This document shows positions 58,874 through 64,000 of a stretch of DNA of 64,000 bases, piece by piece; position 1 is the stretch's first letter, and each line of letters opens with the position of its first letter. Source of the stretch: the human T2T-CHM13v2.0 reference genome, Homo sapiens. The stretch is taken from the NCBI RefSeq assembly GCF_009914755.1, contig NC_060934.1; one strand, written 5' to 3'. The translations under genes and the position numbers were made by a program. Under the pieces are notes generated by a model. That model ran no database searches and was not told the origin of the DNA. It worked only from the letters and a program-made list of their open reading frames with translations.

Positions 58874-60282
58874 TCATTATTTACATATGTTTATCTTATG
58901 CTAAAATCTTTATATATGTATGCATACACACATATAAAAGTTACATAAATAGATATTGAACATCAATATTAAAAATAAGATTTATGAATGCAGTAATGTA
59001 GATTTAGATTTCAATGCTATTATCATTATTTGCATAAAGATATGTACTACTATATATGGACAAGCAAAAGGCTGTTTCACAGTTGTTTTATAGTTATTCT
59101 CTGCATGACCATACCACCAAGTTGATAAAAAGTTATGCTTAAATTGTTAATTTTTTTTTAATTTCACTAATTGCCTTTTTAAATGTTAATTTTAGGCTTT
59201 AATTTTGTAAAATATTTACATGGTTTAGTGTGATCTAGCCTTTAGCTCTATCCTATTGACACTATTCTTTCCTTTTGCTATAGGTAGCAATTTCTATTAG
59301 ATTTGTGTTATTAATATATTTTAAAAAATACAAATAGAAAAATACATATACTACCTATATTCCTACATAAATATTAGCATTCATATTTGCTTTTCTGTGT
59401 CTTTCTTTCTTACGAATATATACAAAATAATACATAAATATTATTTCTTTTTATAGTTGCTCAGTGCTTCATTTGGATGCAACCAAATGAAACTGGTTTT
59501 CAACCAGTACTTATTGAAAGATATTTAAGGGGCTTTCTGTCTTTGCCTATTATTAGTATAATGTAGTGAATAGCTTTATGCCAAATCAGTTTTTTTTTAT
59601 TTTTGGCAATGTATTTTTGAGATAAATATCAGTTTGTTACTTATATTTTGGTTTTGCTTATTTTTGTCATGTCAAACATTTTTTCATGTAGTCAAATTCA
59701 TTAATCTTTTATCTTTTTTTGGTGGGGGAAAATTAAGCCATAGTAAACAATTTTCCCCTTTCCCTGCTTACAGGGAATATACCCATGGTTTATTCTATGA
59801 CTTGTATAACTTTAATTTTTCCATTTAGAATTTTAACCTGTTTAAAATATATTCTGTTTTACATTGTAAAGAATGAATCCAATCTTTCCATATGGCTATC
59901 CAGTTGTTCCTATACCCTTATTATAACACATTTTCTTCGCTTATTTCAGATGCCACCTGAGCTGTTCAAGCAATAGCATTTGTTGTTTCTCCATTTATGA
60001 AGGTAGTTTGCCCATAGACATAACTTGGCTAATTTCTACCACTACAAATTGAGGACTCTCACGGCACTAACTGGCCAAGAGAGATTGCTTCTGTTACGCT
60101 CTTGCCTCATTGGACATGTGGCCACTTTGGCTTTCTGTGATACTTCTCCCATGGCCAGAACAGGTCAGATGATGCAACAGGGAAGGGCAGGGGAATTTTG
60201 CCAGTGGAAAATTGAAAATAAGAGGCACTGTCCATAAATTATTTCCTTTATCTTCTCCCAGATAGGCTATTCTCAAAAGAAG

Positions 60283-60603
<321 letters not shown>

Positions 60604-60634
60604 AAAAGCAGTATTTCATTTGGTTTCTCTAAAG

Positions 60635-61066
60635 TGTTAAAGCAAACTAAAAATGGCATGAGAAGGACTCCGTATTTCTATATTTGACTCCTGAGGATGA
60701 ACCATAACCTAGCTTAATAGGCAGACAAGATTAAAAACCTAACTTAGGAGTATGTGCCTGTAACAATAGCTGAATGTTGGCCAATCCCAGTGGCCATACT
60801 TTAACCACTGATAGACTGCAGAGGGTTCAAACTGTGTTCAAACAAGGCAAACGCCCACCTGTAACCAATCCAACTGTTTCTGTACCTCACTTCCGACGCT
60901 GTATGTCAATTTACTTTTTTTGTCTATAAATTTGTTCTGACCATGAGGCACCCCTGGAGTCTCTCTGAATCTGCTGTGATTCTGGAGACTGCCCGATTCA
61001 TGAATTGTTTCTTTTGGCCCAATTAAACTGCATCAAATTTAATTTGTCTGAAGTTTTCTTTTAACA
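60635..61066 (+). mobile_element. MER57-type solo LTR
   Basis: tgttaaagcaaactaaa..tgagaaggactccgta..tttaatttgtctgaagttttcttttaaca; perfect TSD aaag (60631-60634 / 61067-61070). Confidence 0.88.
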
Positions 61067-61197
61067 AAAGAAATACCACGAGACTGAGCAATCAAGTCAA
61101 AGCTGTGGTATCTGAGTAACATACTCCCTCAAATCACCTCTCCTTTCTTTCCTGCCTCATTTTCCCTTTCCTTCACTTCTCTCTTAAGTCTGCATTC

Positions 61198-61425
61198 TTA
61201 ACTATAATCTAAGTATATTTAGCTATAATCCTCAATATAAGCTAAGTATAGTTAGCTATAATCCTTACACTAAAGAGTATAGCTAACTATACTTAGCTTA
61301 TAGTTAAGTTATAATTATAAGTATAGCTTAATTGTACTTAGCTTATAGTTAAGCTATAATTGTAAGTATAGCTTAACTATACTTAACTATTATAAGTATA
61401 GTTAGAAATAAATCCTTAACTATAA
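61198..61425. repeat. AT-rich patchwork of inverted and direct repeats
   Basis: Perfect 25-bp inverted repeat 61236-61260 / 61278-61302; 45-bp tandem unit at 61290 and 61335. Confidence 0.9.
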
Positions 61426-61588
61426 GCTTTTGCCTCAGACTGTTTACTTATGAACCTAACCAGAGAAATATCTGTCTGTTCATATAGAAATCACCAACTG
61501 TTTAAATGGTAAATGTACTTAAAATAGAATTAAAACAAACATATAAAATTAATTATAAAAAGTAATGATAATTATTATTATTTAATAT

Positions 61589-62135
61589 TGACAAAGAAGG
61601 CCTTAATGCTGGGCTCGGCTTGGTTAAACTTTAGATAGTCTTTTCCATGACTCTAGACCCCTGACTTCAATTTTCTTACAGCGTTTGCTTTAGAAAACTT
61701 ATAATTAAAATTCTGTCTCTGCCCCTTTGAAATGGAAATCTTTTTAGAAGCTTCTTACCAGTTTGCAAGTCAGGAATGTCTTTCCCAAGTATCTGGGAGT
61801 CATCCCTTTAAAATGTAATCATCAAGGAAGATAATGCTCATATCCCCCAGTCTCTCTGCAAGGGCAGAAGCCTAACTTCCATGGATGTCTTACTCCGGGT
61901 TATAAAACCACTTCCTGTCATAAAGATAGGAGAAAGTCTAATTGTCCTCTGGGTAAAGGCCAATTAGCAAACACAGTTGGCCTATATTCCCCTAACTCCA
62001 GTTCTTAGAAATTCTACAATTCTTTCTTTCATCAAAGTTGTGCTCTGACTGAGTTCTGCCCTCACTCCCCTATTGCAATCTCCTTAAATAAATGCTTCCA
62101 TGCTTGTTTAACTTTGGTAAAATTTTGCTTTGAGA
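61589..62135 (+). mobile_element. MER31/MER67-like ERV1 solo LTR
   Basis: tgacaaagaa..aaactttagatag..ctgggagtcatccctttaaaatgtaatcatcaaggaagata..ccctattgcaat..ttaaataaa. Confidence 0.7.
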
Positions 62136-62483
62136 ATAACCAAGAAGAATATCTCCAACCAATATCAGATATTCTGTGTGTATATTCTTCAAAATGATAT
62201 ATAATCAACATCTCACTCCAGTAGACAAAAAAGTAACTTGTATTACGATTACTCTAAATGTATAAGTCAATTTGGGTATAATTTACTTTTTTTTTTTTAT
62301 TTTGAGGCTTTCAGTCCAAACATAGTCATTTTGTACATTTCTTATTAAATTTTTACATAGGTATTTTGCATAGGTATTGCTTTACATGTGAAAGCTATGA
62401 ATTTCATGATGGCATATTTTTATTTTGCTACTTTACTAAAATGGCACTTTGCCAATGATTATTTTAGGTTTTGCAGATATAGC

Positions 62484-62529
<46 letters not shown>

Positions 62530-62799
62530 CTATCTCACCTTTCTCTGCATAGGCACTGCTTTTTCTTTGTATTAGCCAGAGGATGATATGATTGGCTAAG
62601 GGACAAAATTAACTCCAAACAATAGAAAAAAAGGGTCTAAATTTACCTAAAATATCTTAAACACAGTACTACTGTTTAACAAACATGGTGCTATACAGTC
62701 AATAAAACAGCCTTATACTACTGATATTTTACCCTCATTAAAATTTTATTTTATTTTTAAAATTTTAAATTTCTATTTATTGTTATTTAAACAATTTAT

Positions 62800-63107
62800 T
62801 TTTTCTTTTTTTTTAGGGACATGGTCCTGCTTTGTTGCCCAGGCTGGAGTGCAGTAATGCAATCATAGCTCATTGCAGCCTCAAACTCCTGGGCTCAAGC
62901 AATCCCTTCACCTCAGCCCTCTGTCTGAGTAGCTGGGACTACAGGTGTGCACCACTACACCTGGCTAATTTTTATATATTTAAATTATTTGTAGAGATGC
63001 AGTTCTGCCATGTTACACAGGCTGGTCTCAAACTCAGGCCTCAAGTGATCCTCCCACCTTGGCCTCCCAATGTTCTGGGATTACAAGCATGAGCCACCAT
63101 GCCCAGC
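62800..63107 (-). mobile_element. AluJ
   Basis: tgttgcccaggctggagtgcagt..atcatagctcattgcagcctcaaactcctgggctcaagc..gagccaccatgcccagc. Confidence 0.9.
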
Positions 63108-63769
63108 TTTACCCCCATGTGTACATGAGGAAACTAAACTTAAATAGATAACCTAAAACATTTGTGATCATACATCCATCCATTGGTTGCAACTGAAATT
63201 TACACCTAAATCCATTTAGGTTTCAACTTTATTTTTCAACTTTATTCAACTTTTCAACTTTATTTTTGCTTCCATCATAGTGCACTATGTTGCTTTGATA
63301 GATGTCTGACTTAGATACTGAAATGTATATATTGTTAAGTCATTTGACTTTTTGGTCACAAGAAGGCCTTCTAATCCAGAGGATATTAGGATCTAGAAAT
63401 ACTAATTACAGGCATATTGCCTAACAACCAGTTGTGACTACAGGTGGGAAAAACGGAGGTGTACTCTGCATCATACACATTTAGGTCTGATCCCTTTAGT
63501 TTGGCTCTATTGCATTTACAATCATAAGCCTATTACAAGGAATCATGATCCAAAAACCTCAAGACTATTCCATAAGAGTTACATTTAAACACATCATTGT
63601 ATTATAATAGTAAGGACTAATTGATTGCAAGTGACTAGAAGCCACTTGTACCTTAAGAAAAATGGCTGTTTATTAATTAACATGTCTGAATAGTTCAGCA
63701 CAGTTTGTTAACCTTAAATAATGAAATTCAGAAAGTGTGATTAACTATAGAACTTCTATAGAACTATAG

Positions 63770-64000
63770 AAATCATTTGAATACAAATCTTGAAGACAGC
63801 CACTGAGGTAAGACAGACTCCAAATGAGTAGAGTCAGTGTTCCAAAGTGGTGAAGTTAAGGTTTCATTTATACAGGAAGAGACAGAAAAGTTTAACAGGG
63901 TTGCACCATTCTCCATATGAAGATGCTACATATGTTACAGCCGTTTGATTGGTTATAGTTTGCTGCATTTTAAGAAAGATTGCTTTAACAATCCATAAGG
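63770..64000 (-). mobile_element. Probable ERV1 LTR fragment running off the window
   Basis: gttccaaagtgg..tcatttataca..tttgattggtta order resembles an antisense LTR U3 (TATA and CCAAT boxes). Confidence 0.45.

Larger units (their letters stand above)
57000..59950 (-). mobile_element. Ancient L1 (L1MC/ME-like) 3' fragments
   Basis: T-rich sequence with degenerate motifs (ctccagcctcatcttg, ttctaaggagtactagcattttttagtggga..tatttgaagacca); boundaries uncertain. Confidence 0.55.

Noticed and set aside
61198-61425. Repeat cluster as a CRISPR-like array or miRNA hairpin
   Set aside because: No constant repeat with unique spacers, eukaryotic context, and extreme AT content; better explained as a repair or slippage scar.
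62484-62529. (TA)n followed by a long T-run as an unrecognised retroposon tail
   Set aside because: No element body or TSD next to it; simple repeat only.
63221-63267. Short imperfect TTCAACTTTA tandem
   Set aside because: Ordinary slippage repeat of about four copies with no further structure.

Overview
Primate, very probably human, genomic DNA: AT-rich, repeat-dense and apparently intergenic or deep intronic. I found no intact protein-coding gene, structural RNA gene or CRISPR array. The longer entries in the ORF track are reading frames inside Alu, L1 and THE1/LTR repeats or the pseudogene; the rest are short and unsupported. The only host-gene-derived sequence is a disrupted, intronless fragment of the WWP1 E3 ligase (WW3-WW4 plus N-terminal HECT, ~15814-16672) that looks like a 5'-inverted (twin-primed) retrocopy with target-site duplications (TSDs). 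The window is rich in LTR elements: three two-LTR THE1 elements, solo MER9, MER50, MER57, LTR18, MLT2, MER21 and MLT1 LTRs, and two nested stacks. The most interesting signals are rearrangement scars readable from the sequence: (1) a TSD swapped between two inverted AluY copies, implying an Alu-mediated ~2.5 kb inversion, with the two Alus sharing non-consensus variants; (2) a 140-bp inverted templated insertion that preserves the ancestral form of an LTR junction 1.5 kb away; (3) a THE1 whose two LTRs belong to different subfamilies; (4) a snap-back palindromic insertion at ~61.2-61.4 kb. I see no support for a previously undescribed biological system. Repeat subfamily names come from recognising consensus motifs by eye, not from a database search, and boundaries of ancient repeats are approximate.
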